Source of the DNA: Planctomycetota bacterium
GTDB taxonomy: Bacteria; Planctomycetota; MHYJ01; WSZJ01
Assembly: GCA_038060895.1 (NCBI GenBank)
Contig: JBBTCT010000027.1
Span: 1 to 64,000, forward strand
DNA: 64,000 nt
Reading direction: 5' to 3'
Part shown: one piece after another, positions 38,827 through 47,794 of the stretch
Position numbering within the stretch: the first letter of the stretch is position 1
Layout: every line of letters begins with the position of its first letter
Made by a program: the position numbers and the translations under genes
The notes under the pieces: model-generated
Databases searched by the model: none
The model's input: only the letters and a program-made list of their open reading frames with translations
What the model was told of the DNA's origin: nothing

Positions 38827-40392
38827 TCAGTGCGTGTGCGTCGCCTCCTCATGCTCGCGCGTCGCCTGTGCGGCCGCCGCCGGCGGAGGAGTAACGTGCA
38901 CGTCCGGCATCTTGTCCAGCACCACCTCGTTCTGCTCAAGAAGCGAGCCGCCGCGGCCTGAGAGCACGCTCCGCACTTTGGCCTTGAAGTACCCGAACAG
39001 GAACTTCAACCCCCGGTAGAAATGGCCCGGGTGACGCAGGGTAAGCATCGTGTAGTGGTGCATGACCCGCGGCTGCAAGTAGAAGGATTTCAGGATCTCC
39101 TGGAATTCGCGGTCGAGCTGCTCAAAGGTCAGCCCGGGCGCAGCCCAGACGAAGTTCATCCCGTTCATCTTCTGCCAGTGGTCGTCGCGGATGTTCGTCC
39201 CGTAGATCTCGCGGTACACCGGCGATCCCGGGTACGGAGTGAACTTCGACAGGTTCATCATCGTCATCGGGATCCGCTTCACGAATGCCTTCGTCAGCTC
39301 GATCGTTTCTGCGTTCTCACCCGGGTAGCCGAGCATGAACAGCCCCTTTGAGCGGATCCCGGCCTTGTGGGTCCAGTTCAGCGCCTGCTCCGACTTCGCG
39401 ACGCTCGCAACCTTGTCCATCGCCTTCAGAAGCTCGTCCGAGCCGGTCTCGAGGCCAAAGCTGATCTCCCAGCACCCCGCTCGCTTCATGAGTTCGAGCA
39501 GGTCCGGCTTCACCGTGTCCACCCGCGCTGCGCACGTCCACGTCATGTTCAGCCCGTCCTCGATCAGGAGATTGCAGAGCGCTGTGACGCGCTCCCTGCT
39601 GGCGAGGAACAGGTCGTCCACGAACATCACGTGACGGACCCCGTACGTTTTGCGCAGGTGCTTCATCATCTCGAACACTTTCGGCGGAGAATACGCCCGC
39701 ACTGACGCGCCGAACGTCGAGGTGTCGCAGAACTTGCAATGGAAGGGGCAGCCGCGGGATGCCGCAATCGAAGCGACCGGTCCGCGTGGGAAGTCGTAGA
39801 TGGCGGGCTTGTAGCGGCGCGGGAAGTCAGGCAGCAGGTCCCACGCCGGCATCGGCAGGTCGTCGAGCGACTTGTTGATCGCATTCGGCAGGGACTTGCG
39901 CACTTCGGCGCCGTCGCGATAGATGATCCCGCGCACTTCCGACTCCGGCGTCCCCGCCTCCCAGGCCTTGAGCAGCTCGGTCAGGACCCGTTCGCCCTCG
40001 CCGACGATCGCGAGGTCGAATTCCGGGAAGCGCTGGATGGTTTCGACGCCCATCGACGAGATATGGGGTCCACCGACGAGGATTTTTGTCCCGGGAAGGG
40101 CTTTCTTGATGCGCCGAGCGATCCCGGCCGCGCCCCAGACGCCGACCGTGAAGAGGGTGATCCCGACGAAGGACGGCGATTCCTTGATGACCTGGTTTGC
40201 GACGTCCTCTTCGGTGAGCCCGAAAATGTCGCTTTCAATGATCGAAGGTTCGTAGCCGTGAAGGCGGACTTCCGCCGCAAGATGGAGGAGACCCAGGGCC
40301 GGGACGCCGTTCGTCACGTGCTTGACGAACTCGTAGCCTTTCGCGATGCGCTCGTAAGGCGGATCGATGAAGATGAACTTCCGGTTCTTCAT
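38827..40392 (-). CDS. B12-binding radical SAM enzyme
   Basis: N-terminal cobalamin-binding fold (LGLLHLAA, VGGPHIS, GEGE), SRGCPFHCKFC, FVDDLF, FMLGYPGE. Confidence 0.92.
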   Translation of the reverse strand: MKNRKFIFIDPPYERIAKGYEFVKHVTNGVPALGLLHLAAEVRLHGYEPSIIESDIFGLTEEDVANQVIKESPSFVGITLFTVGVWGAAGIARRIKKALPGTKILVGGPHISSMGVETIQRFPEFDLAIVGEGERVLTELLKAWEAGTPESEVRGIIYRDGAEVRKSLPNAINKSLDDLPMPAWDLLPDFPRRYKPAIYDFPRGPVASIAASRGCPFHCKFCDTSTFGASVRAYSPPKVFEMMKHLRKTYGVRHVMFVDDLFLASRERVTALCNLLIEDGLNMTWTCAARVDTVKPDLLELMKRAGCWEISFGLETGSDELLKAMDKVASVAKSEQALNWTHKAGIRSKGLFMLGYPGENAETIELTKAFVKRIPMTMMNLSKFTPYPGSPVYREIYGTNIRDDHWQKMNGMNFVWAAPGLTFEQLDREFQEILKSFYLQPRVMHHYTMLTLRHPGHFYRGLKFLFGYFKAKVRSVLSGRGGSLLEQNEVVLDKMPDVHVTPPPAAAAQATREHEEATHTH

Positions 40393-40651
40393 GGGTGGCT
40401 CCATGGCGTTCCCGGCGGCACGGCGCAGAGCGGCACTTTACACAGAAACTGCTTTATGAACGATGCCGAATCGCGCTGCGTCAATGACAGGCGGATTTCT
40501 TCTCCGTGCCGCAGCCTGAAGATTTTGCGCAGCCGGAGCAGCCCAGCCCGGCGCCTCCTTCGATTTTCCAGGACGGCACCTTGTCGCCCGAGAGTTCGCG
40601 TCCATCGATGAAAGGGGAGGCGCCACACGTGCGCCCGGCGGCCGAAGTCCC

Positions 40652-41146
40652 TCAGCCGCCGCCGCTGCTGGATCCGCATCCGCCGCCGCTCGTGCCGCAC
40701 CCGCCGCTGGAGCAGCCACCCTGGTCGACCTCTTCCTCGAACACCACGTCCACCCTCTGGAGCAGGACGTCGAGCACGCGGTTCAGCTGCCGAAGCGATT
40801 TCTTGTCGCTCTCTTCGAGAAGGCCGGCGGCCGCCTGGAATGGGACCCAGCGGGCGTCGTCGAGCCCCGACCAGTCGAGCCTTGCCTCGGGCGCTTCCAT
40901 CCGGATCGCCAGTGCGTGTTCCCAGATGCCCCGGCGAAGGTCCATGACGCGCTCGATCCCGGCGAGGCCGGCCAGGCCCGCAAGCCGCGCCGCCGCTTTC
41001 ACGCCGGACTCGTTCGGGTCGGCCTCACCGCGAAGCGGCTCCCACCGTTCGGCCCATGAAGCGCGTGGCCGAACGAGCAGAAACCAGGGCTCGTCGTCGA
41101 CGAGGGCGAAAGGGAAGAGAGAGATCGTGGTGGGAAGTGAGATCAT
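40652..41146 (-). CDS. Degenerate Nudix-fold protein with Cys/Gly/Ser-rich tail
   Basis: FLLVR...WEPLRGEADPNES...AAAR (truncated Nudix box), ARWVPF; tail GGCSSGGCGTSGGGCGSSSGGG. Confidence 0.55.
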   Translation of the reverse strand: MISLPTTISLFPFALVDDEPWFLLVRPRASWAERWEPLRGEADPNESGVKAAARLAGLAGLAGIERVMDLRRGIWEHALAIRMEAPEARLDWSGLDDARWVPFQAAAGLLEESDKKSLRQLNRVLDVLLQRVDVVFEEEVDQGGCSSGGCGTSGGGCGSSSGGG

Positions 41147-41202
41147 GAAGAGCGGGGATTGTACACGAGAAGGACGAGTTGCGAGTTCCGAGTCCAGGGC
41201 AC

Positions 41203-41235
41203 AAAAAGAAGCGCCGCGGGGTGTCCCGCGGCGCT
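41203..41235 (-). terminator. Rho-independent terminator
   Basis: AGCGCCGCGGG-gtgt-CCCGCGGCGCT preceded by an A-run on + (T-run on -). Confidence 0.75.
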
Positions 41236-41261
41236 GTTACCGTCAGTCGAGTCGCTACCGA

Positions 41262-42266
41262 TCACTTCACCCTGAGCACGTCCTTCTCATTCGAGCTCAG
41301 GATCTCCAGTTCTTTCGCCGGCACGTTGCCGCCCGAACCTGCTTCGCGATATCTCACCCTCTCGCCGAACGCCCGCTCCAGCAGATCGTTGTGCCGCAAC
41401 GAAAAGTCGCCTTTCGCCTCGCCATTGAACTCGCCAAGCATTCGCTTCGACCGCTTCAGCCCGTCCACGATCCACTTCCGCCTCGTGTCCGCCAGCATGA
41501 AGCTCTTTCCCTCGTAGCTCGTCAGCAGGTCGATCGAGTCATTGATCTCCTTGAGGAGCTTGTCAATGTCCCCCGCCATTCCCTCGGTCGAAGGCGGGGG
41601 ATTGTCCGGCGGAGGCGCCGTCTCGGCGGCTTTCTTCGTGCAGTGGAACTCCAGCGTGAGCGACGCCTTTTCGCCGTTCGGGAACGTCACCGTCACGTCC
41701 ACGGGGCTCGTCGCTTCCGTCAGCCACTTCGCATAGAACACCCCGTCCAGCTTGACGACTTCGAGGGCGCTCTTGTCGCTCGAAGCGAAGTTCTTCTTCG
41801 CGTCCAGCTGCGCGAGCGTCGAGGCGTCGAACGACTTCCAGTTCGCGCCGTCCCACGAATAGAACATGTTCAGGGGGACCAGGCAGAGACCGGTTTCCAG
41901 CCGGAAGCGGCTCTTCGACCGGATCTTGCCGGAGCCCTCGCCCTTGATGGCGGCGCGGACGGTGTACTCGGATTCGTCGAAGATTCCTCCGCCCGAGGTC
42001 AGCTTCTTGACCGTGATCACGCCCACCGTAGGGTCGTCGGTCGGCATGATCGACGCCCACCCCTCCGGCTGCTGCGAGAACTCGAGCTGGTCGATGTTCA
42101 TCTTGCTGGACTTGCCGCCCCCGAGGTCGGCGACGACCTCGAAGCGGATGTCCTTTCCGACGCTGAGGGGCTTGACTTCGTCGAGAAACTTGACCTCAAG
42201 TCGGGTCTGCGCCGAGGCGGCGGTCGAAAGGACAAGGGCGAACAGCAGGGCAACGACGAGTTTCAT
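41262..42266 (-). CDS. Secreted hypothetical protein
   Basis: Signal peptide MKLVVALLFALVLSTAASA, AAGGAG RBS, host-like codon usage. Confidence 0.75.
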   Translation of the reverse strand: MKLVVALLFALVLSTAASAQTRLEVKFLDEVKPLSVGKDIRFEVVADLGGGKSSKMNIDQLEFSQQPEGWASIMPTDDPTVGVITVKKLTSGGGIFDESEYTVRAAIKGEGSGKIRSKSRFRLETGLCLVPLNMFYSWDGANWKSFDASTLAQLDAKKNFASSDKSALEVVKLDGVFYAKWLTEATSPVDVTVTFPNGEKASLTLEFHCTKKAAETAPPPDNPPPSTEGMAGDIDKLLKEINDSIDLLTSYEGKSFMLADTRRKWIVDGLKRSKRMLGEFNGEAKGDFSLRHNDLLERAFGERVRYREAGSGGNVPAKELEILSSNEKDVLRVK

Positions 42267-42403
42267 GAAGAGCTCCTTGCGGATTAAGGGAAACGACCTG
42301 GAGAGGGAGGCGATTGTAGAAGCGGGGACGAGGAAGTCAAAGGCAGTCCCGACGTACGAGGCGCGCCGCAGACGGCAGCGGAATTGCACGCTATGATCCG
42401 ATC

Positions 42404-42835
42404 GTGACTCGGGTACTCTTCATCGTCGGCGCGCTGGCCGCCCTGGCCGTTCCGGGCGTCCCGCTGGCGGCGGTCTATATCGACAAGAAAATGTCGAAAG
42501 ACGTGACGTTGATCACGCCGTTCGACCAGGGGATCGTGGAGTTCAACCGGGATGACTGGAAGAAAGGGCAGCCGGTCGCCCCGTTGTACGGCCAGGTCGT
42601 CAACAAGCCGATCCGGGTCGTCCGCCCCGATCCCGCGTTCACGATCATCCCGGTGGAAGACCCTTCTCTGACGCTGCTCAAGGTGTCCGCCGACTATCAC
42701 CCGCTTCAACTTCAGAGTGTCGGATTTTTCGCGAAATGGATCACGGTGGCGAACGCGGCGGTGGCCGTGGTCTGCATGCTGGCTGTCATGGTGCGCAGCC
42801 GGAAGCGGCCCGTTGCGACTCCGGCCGGGGCCTGA
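42404..42835 (+). CDS. Small exported protein with C-terminal TM anchor
   Basis: Signal peptide plus C-terminal TM followed by RSRKR. Confidence 0.6.
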   Translation: MTRVLFIVGALAALAVPGVPLAAVYIDKKMSKDVTLITPFDQGIVEFNRDDWKKGQPVAPLYGQVVNKPIRVVRPDPAFTIIPVEDPSLTLLKVSADYHPLQLQSVGFFAKWITVANAAVAVVCMLAVMVRSRKRPVATPAGA

Positions 42836-42842
42836 CAGGGTC

Positions 42843-45800
42843 ATGCCTGCCGCCGCCCCTTCGGGTCAAGTCACGCTCGTCTTCACGGACCTGCAGGGCT
42901 CGACCGAACTCTGGGAAAAACTGGGCGCGCGCTTCCAGCCCGTCCTCGAACGCCACCACGCGATCCTGAGGGAACGGCTTGCCGCCCGCGAGGGGTTCGA
43001 GGTCAAGACCGAGGGCGACGCCTTCATGATCGCCTTCGCGCGCGCATCGGACGCGATTCGGTTCACGCTGGAAACGCAGGAAGCGCTGTCAGGCCACGCG
43101 TGGCCGGCGGAAACGGGGGAACTTCGCGTTCGCATGGGAGTCCACACGGGCGAACCGTTGTGCATCACGGACTCGGCGACGGGAAGGCCCGATTATTACG
43201 GGCCGGCGGTGAATCGCGCCGCGCGAATCGCCGCCGCGGCGCACGGCGGGCAGGTCCTTGTTTCCGGCGTGACCCTGGAACTCGCCGCGGAAGCGCGCGA
43301 CACGGCATTGGCGACGGACCTGGGCGAGCACAGGCTGAAGGGCCTGGAGAGGCCCGAGAGAATCTGGCAGGTGGCTCCGCGGGCGCTTGCGGGAAGGACC
43401 TTTCCTCCGCTGAAAACGCTCAGCGCCCTGCCGACGAACCTGCCCGTTCCCGCGACGAGCTTCATCGGGCGCGATCGCGAATTGCGCGAGCTCACGGACC
43501 TCTTCGAAATTCCCGCCACGCGTCTGGTCACTCTGACCGGCCCCGGCGGCACCGGCAAGACGCGTCTTGCGCTTCGGTTCGGCGCCGACGTCCTGGACCA
43601 CGTCGAGGGCGGCGTCTGGTTTGCGGATCTCTCCGAAGAGCGCAGCGGTTCCGGCGTTGCCGAAGCGGTGGCACGCGCGCTGGGAGTGCCGATCTCGGAG
43701 GGCGAAGCTCCCGCGGAACGCGTTGCGGCCGCTCTGGCGCTCCGCCGGCCGCTGCTCCTGGTGCTCGACAACTTCGAGCAGGTCGTGGAGGCGGCAGCCG
43801 CGACCGTGGGCGTGTGGCGCCGGCGGGCGCCGGAAGCGCGCTTCCTCGTCACAAGCCGCTCTCTCCTCGGGATCGCAGGCGAACGAGAGTTCGAGGTGCC
43901 GCCACTGGGAGTTCCGTCGGCCGCGCACGATTCCGGGGTCACGGCGCGAGTCGAGGCGTACGACGGGGTGCGCCTCTTCCTCGAGCGCGCTCGAGAGGCC
44001 GATGCGCGGTTCCGGGTCGAATCCGCGACGCTCCCGGCAGTGGCGGAGTTGTGCTTGAAGCTCGACGGGATCCCGCTCGCGATCGAGCTCGCCGCGGCGC
44101 GCATGAAAGTTCTCAAGCCCGCCGAGATGCTCGCCCGGCTCGACCAGCGCTTCCAGGTCCTTCGCTCCACCCGCCGCGACCTCCCGCCCCGGCAGCAGAC
44201 GCTTCTGGGCGCGATCGACTGGAGTTACGAGCTTCTCGCGCCCTGGGAGAGGGTGGCGTTGCAGCAGATCTGCGTGTTTCATGGGGGGTTCTTCCTCGAC
44301 GACGCGGAAGCCGTGCTGCAGCTTCCGCCGGAGGCGCCCGACGTGATCACGGCGGTGCAGATGCTGCGCGAGAAGAGCCTGTTGCGTTCATGGCAGACCA
44401 CCTTCGGTCCGCGCCTGGGCCTCTACCTGTCGATTCAGGAATACGGCCGCCAGAAGTGGCGCGAGTCGACGACGGCCGAGGAACGTGAAGCGATGAATGT
44501 GAGGCACGCCGCGCAATCCCTGAAGCGTCCGGAGGCGGCGCAAAGGGAGAGGCTGGAGTTTTCCGGGCGGGATGCCGCGCTTCTCGAACTGGACGTCCAG
44601 AACATCCGGGCCGCGCATCAATGGGCCGTGGAGACCCGGCAGGGCACGTGGGCTTGCCGGGCCGCAGTCGCCGTCGCGCCGCTTCTGCACTTCCGCGGTG
44701 CGCACAAGGATCTCGCAGGCCTGCTCGAGGCGGCGCTTTCGATCGGGGGACCTGCCGAGGCGGTGCGAGTGGAAGCGGCGATGTTTCTCACGCAGGAGTA
44801 TTCGTGGACGGGGGACTCGAAGAGTGCGCTGGCGGCCGCCGGGATGGCAGAAGGCTGGGCCGCAGAGATCGGTGACCGCGTCCAGCGGGCGCGGCTGCTG
44901 CTGAACCGTCACTCGCTGGGGGGCGGCCCTGCCGAAGAAAGCGGGGCGCTTGCGGAGCTTCGCGCGGCGGAGCGCGTCCTGGAGGAGGCGGGCTGGCTGT
45001 CGGACGCGTTGCGTGTCGAGGTCGCAATTTCCCGGCTCATCCGTCGCCGCGACGCGCGCGAAGCGCTCGCGGTTCTGAACCAGGCCGAGGCCCTGGCGCT
45101 TCGCTGCAAGGAGCGCTTCGCCATTCTCCCCCTGATCTCGGAGCGCGTTCTCGTGTTCGACCTGCTCGGCGACGTGGGTGCCGGGTTGAAGGACCTCGAC
45201 CGGATCGAGCCGCTCATCCGTGAAAGGGAGGATCTTCCCGGGCTGGCCAACTGGCTTCGCGCGCGCGGCCGGCTGCTGGGATTCGAGGGACGGCACGAAG
45301 AAGCGATGGCGATGCTGACGGAGGCCGAGCAGATTCTCAGGAAGACCGGGTCCCGGCCCGCGCTGGCGATGTGCCTCGGGGCGCAGGCGGGGGAGCTTCT
45401 GCGGAGCAGCGCGACCTGGGACGAGTCAGGCCAGAAAATTGATGAAGCGGAACGGCTGGCGCGCGAGATCCAGGCCGTGAGCTATGTCTCGACGATCCTG
45501 AACCTGAAGGCCCTGCGCCAGATTCGGCTGGGAAAGTTCGTGGAAGCGGAGAAGTTCCTTCTGGAGGCGATTTCGCTGGCCATAAGCGTGGAGGGCCCTG
45601 GCGGCATCGGATGTGCGCAGGCCAACAGCTTTCTGGCCGATCTACGGATCGCGCAGGCAAGGTGGGCCGAAGCGCTCGGTCCGATCAGCGAAGCGGTGGA
45701 TCGCTACGAGGCAGCGGGCCAGCGGCGGCTGGTTGCGCCATCGCGCATTGCCCGGGGTCTCGTGTTGCTGGAGCTGGGGCGAGCGGGCGAAGCGGTCACC

Positions 45801-46043
45801 GAAGCGGAGCGGGGAATTGTGGGTCTCCGGGAGATGGGGATTGAGGACTCTGAAGTAGGGATCCGCGGGCGGATTTACCTGGGACGTGCCCGTGCTGCGT
45901 CCGGGGATCTGGCGGGAGCGCGGGAACTCCTGGTGCGCACGCGGAAGGAAGTCGATGGTATCGGGATGCAGAAGGCGGAGTGGGGGGAAGCACTGCGCCC
46001 CTTGCTGGCGAAGCTGGAGTCTGCGGTGGGAGGTTCTGCTTGA
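42843..46043 (+). CDS. Class III adenylate/guanylate cyclase - STAND ATPase - TPR protein
   Basis: LVFTDLQGST, KTEGDAF, VRMGVHTG, GPAVNRAAR; GPGGTGKT, LVLDNFE, DGIPLAIELAA; helical TPR C-terminus. Confidence 0.9.
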   Translation: MPAAAPSGQVTLVFTDLQGSTELWEKLGARFQPVLERHHAILRERLAAREGFEVKTEGDAFMIAFARASDAIRFTLETQEALSGHAWPAETGELRVRMGVHTGEPLCITDSATGRPDYYGPAVNRAARIAAAAHGGQVLVSGVTLELAAEARDTALATDLGEHRLKGLERPERIWQVAPRALAGRTFPPLKTLSALPTNLPVPATSFIGRDRELRELTDLFEIPATRLVTLTGPGGTGKTRLALRFGADVLDHVEGGVWFADLSEERSGSGVAEAVARALGVPISEGEAPAERVAAALALRRPLLLVLDNFEQVVEAAAATVGVWRRRAPEARFLVTSRSLLGIAGEREFEVPPLGVPSAAHDSGVTARVEAYDGVRLFLERAREADARFRVESATLPAVAELCLKLDGIPLAIELAAARMKVLKPAEMLARLDQRFQVLRSTRRDLPPRQQTLLGAIDWSYELLAPWERVALQQICVFHGGFFLDDAEAVLQLPPEAPDVITAVQMLREKSLLRSWQTTFGPRLGLYLSIQEYGRQKWRESTTAEEREAMNVRHAAQSLKRPEAAQRERLEFSGRDAALLELDVQNIRAAHQWAVETRQGTWACRAAVAVAPLLHFRGAHKDLAGLLEAALSIGGPAEAVRVEAAMFLTQEYSWTGDSKSALAAAGMAEGWAAEIGDRVQRARLLLNRHSLGGGPAEESGALAELRAAERVLEEAGWLSDALRVEVAISRLIRRRDAREALAVLNQAEALALRCKERFAILPLISERVLVFDLLGDVGAGLKDLDRIEPLIREREDLPGLANWLRARGRLLGFEGRHEEAMAMLTEAEQILRKTGSRPALAMCLGAQAGELLRSSATWDESGQKIDEAERLAREIQAVSYVSTILNLKALRQIRLGKFVEAEKFLLEAISLAISVEGPGGIGCAQANSFLADLRIAQARWAEALGPISEAVDRYEAAGQRRLVAPSRIARGLVLLELGRAGEAVTEAERGIVGLREMGIEDSEVGIRGRIYLGRARAASGDLAGARELLVRTRKEVDGIGMQKAEWGEALRPLLAKLESAVGGSA

Positions 46044-46121
46044 CGGGAGCTCCGCCGCGTCAGAAAATGGCGGGCTCACGTTGTAACGCCTTGACGCCCT
46101 TTAACTTGCGAAGGAAGCCAG

Positions 46122-46730
46122 GTGCCTGACGGCCTCTTCATCGTCCTCGACGGCCCCGACGGCTGCGGCAAGTCAACCCAGGCCGCACGGCTCTTCAAAC
46201 GCCTCTCGGACGCCGGGAGACACGTCCTTCACCTTCGCGAACCAGGCGGAACGCCCGCCGGCGAGAGAATTCGCCAGATCCTCCTCGACCCCGCCGTGAC
46301 CCTCAACACAAGCGCAGAGACATTCCTCTTCATGGCCGCCAGGGCCCAGCTCGTGAACGAGAAGATCCATCCCGCACTTGCGCACGGCGACACCGTCGTC
46401 TGCGAGCGGTGGATCTCGAGCACCGTGGCTTACCAGGGCGTCGCCGGCGGCTTCGGGCCCGCAGCCGTCATGGACCTCGGCCGTCACGCGATCGGCACGC
46501 TTGCCCCGGACGTCCTCTTCGTCCTCGACGTTCCGCCGGAAGTCGGGCTTGCGCGCGTGAAGCGAGGGCTGGACCGGATGGAATTGAAAGGGCTGGAGTA
46601 TCATCGAAAGGTGCGCGACGGCTACCTCGCCACCCGGACGATGTTCCCGAAGGTCGAGGTCGTTGACGCAACGCGTCAAGAAGACGCCGTCGCCGCCGAC
46701 GTGTGGGCCTGCGTGGAGAAACTCCTTTGA
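46122..46730 (+). CDS. tmk: Thymidylate kinase
   Basis: DGPDGCGKST, REPGGT, ERW..S..AYQG. Confidence 0.95.
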   Translation: MPDGLFIVLDGPDGCGKSTQAARLFKRLSDAGRHVLHLREPGGTPAGERIRQILLDPAVTLNTSAETFLFMAARAQLVNEKIHPALAHGDTVVCERWISSTVAYQGVAGGFGPAAVMDLGRHAIGTLAPDVLFVLDVPPEVGLARVKRGLDRMELKGLEYHRKVRDGYLATRTMFPKVEVVDATRQEDAVAADVWACVEKLL

Positions 46731-47788
46731 CCTTCCGCGACATCCTCGGCCAGGACACCTCGATTTCTTTTTTCCGCCACGCGCGGAAGGCGGGGCGGCT
46801 TGCGCACGCCTACCTTTTCACCGGTCCGGAAGGCGTCGGCAAAGGGACATTCGCGCGCGCACTGTCGAAGTGGATTCTCTGCCTCAAGCCCGGCGACGAC
46901 GCCTGCGGCTCCTGCGATTCCTGCCGGCAATTCGACAGCGGCAACAGCCTTCGCTTCGTTCCCGTGACGCCGCCGCTGGACAAGAAAGGCGTCCAGAAAA
47001 CGGTCATCGACGTGGAAAGCGTCAGAAACCTCAACGCCCGCCTCTCGTCGAAAATCGCAGCCGGCGATTCGCGCGTCGTGCTCTTCGACGACCCGATCGG
47101 CGACGACGCGGCCAATGCGCTTCTAAAGCTGCTCGAGGAACCGCCGGCCGGAAATCTCTTCCTCATCGTCACCCAGTCGCCCGCTGCGCTGCCGGCGACG
47201 ATCCACTCGCGCTGCCACAGGGTGCGTTTCCGCCCGATCGCGGACGGGCTGATCTCAAAACGGCTCCAGGAACGCAGCGGCATGGCTGCGCCGGATGCGC
47301 ACTTCCTCTCCCGGCTCGCGCAGGGGAGCATGGGCAAAGCGGTGGCGTACGCGGAGGACGGGTGGAAGGAGACTCGGGACAAGTTGCGGGAGATCGCGGC
47401 AGGCCGCGCGCGGGATCCGGAGAACTTCGACATGGGGGAAGCGCTGGACGCGCTGATCAAGGAGGGGGCGGAGGCGGAAGAACCCGTGGAGAAAGAGGGC
47501 GAACCGGATGCGGGGGTCGCCGATTACAGGAAGTCATTGCGGAAGTCGCGGGAACGGGCGAGAACATGCCTCGCGATTCTGGCGTTGTTCTACCGGGATC
47601 TCGTGATGGAGCGGGAAAACGGGGCAGAAGCGGCGGATCCTGAAACGCTGGCGGAACTTGGGAAAGTGCTGGAGAAGGTATCGACGGACCGGTTGCTTGA
47701 ACGGCTGGAGACGTTGTTGCAGGCGGATGCTTACCTGAAACGGAATGCGAACGTTCGGTTGACGATTGAGTGGGCGCTGGTTGCATGA
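46727..47788 (+). CDS. holB: DNA polymerase III delta' subunit
   Basis: HAYLFTGPEGVGK, CGSCDSC, AANALLKLLEEP, TIHSRC; follows tmk. Confidence 0.9.
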   Translation: MTFRDILGQDTSISFFRHARKAGRLAHAYLFTGPEGVGKGTFARALSKWILCLKPGDDACGSCDSCRQFDSGNSLRFVPVTPPLDKKGVQKTVIDVESVRNLNARLSSKIAAGDSRVVLFDDPIGDDAANALLKLLEEPPAGNLFLIVTQSPAALPATIHSRCHRVRFRPIADGLISKRLQERSGMAAPDAHFLSRLAQGSMGKAVAYAEDGWKETRDKLREIAAGRARDPENFDMGEALDALIKEGAEAEEPVEKEGEPDAGVADYRKSLRKSRERARTCLAILALFYRDLVMERENGAEAADPETLAELGKVLEKVSTDRLLERLETLLQADAYLKRNANVRLTIEWALVA

Positions 47789-47794
47789 AGCTTG

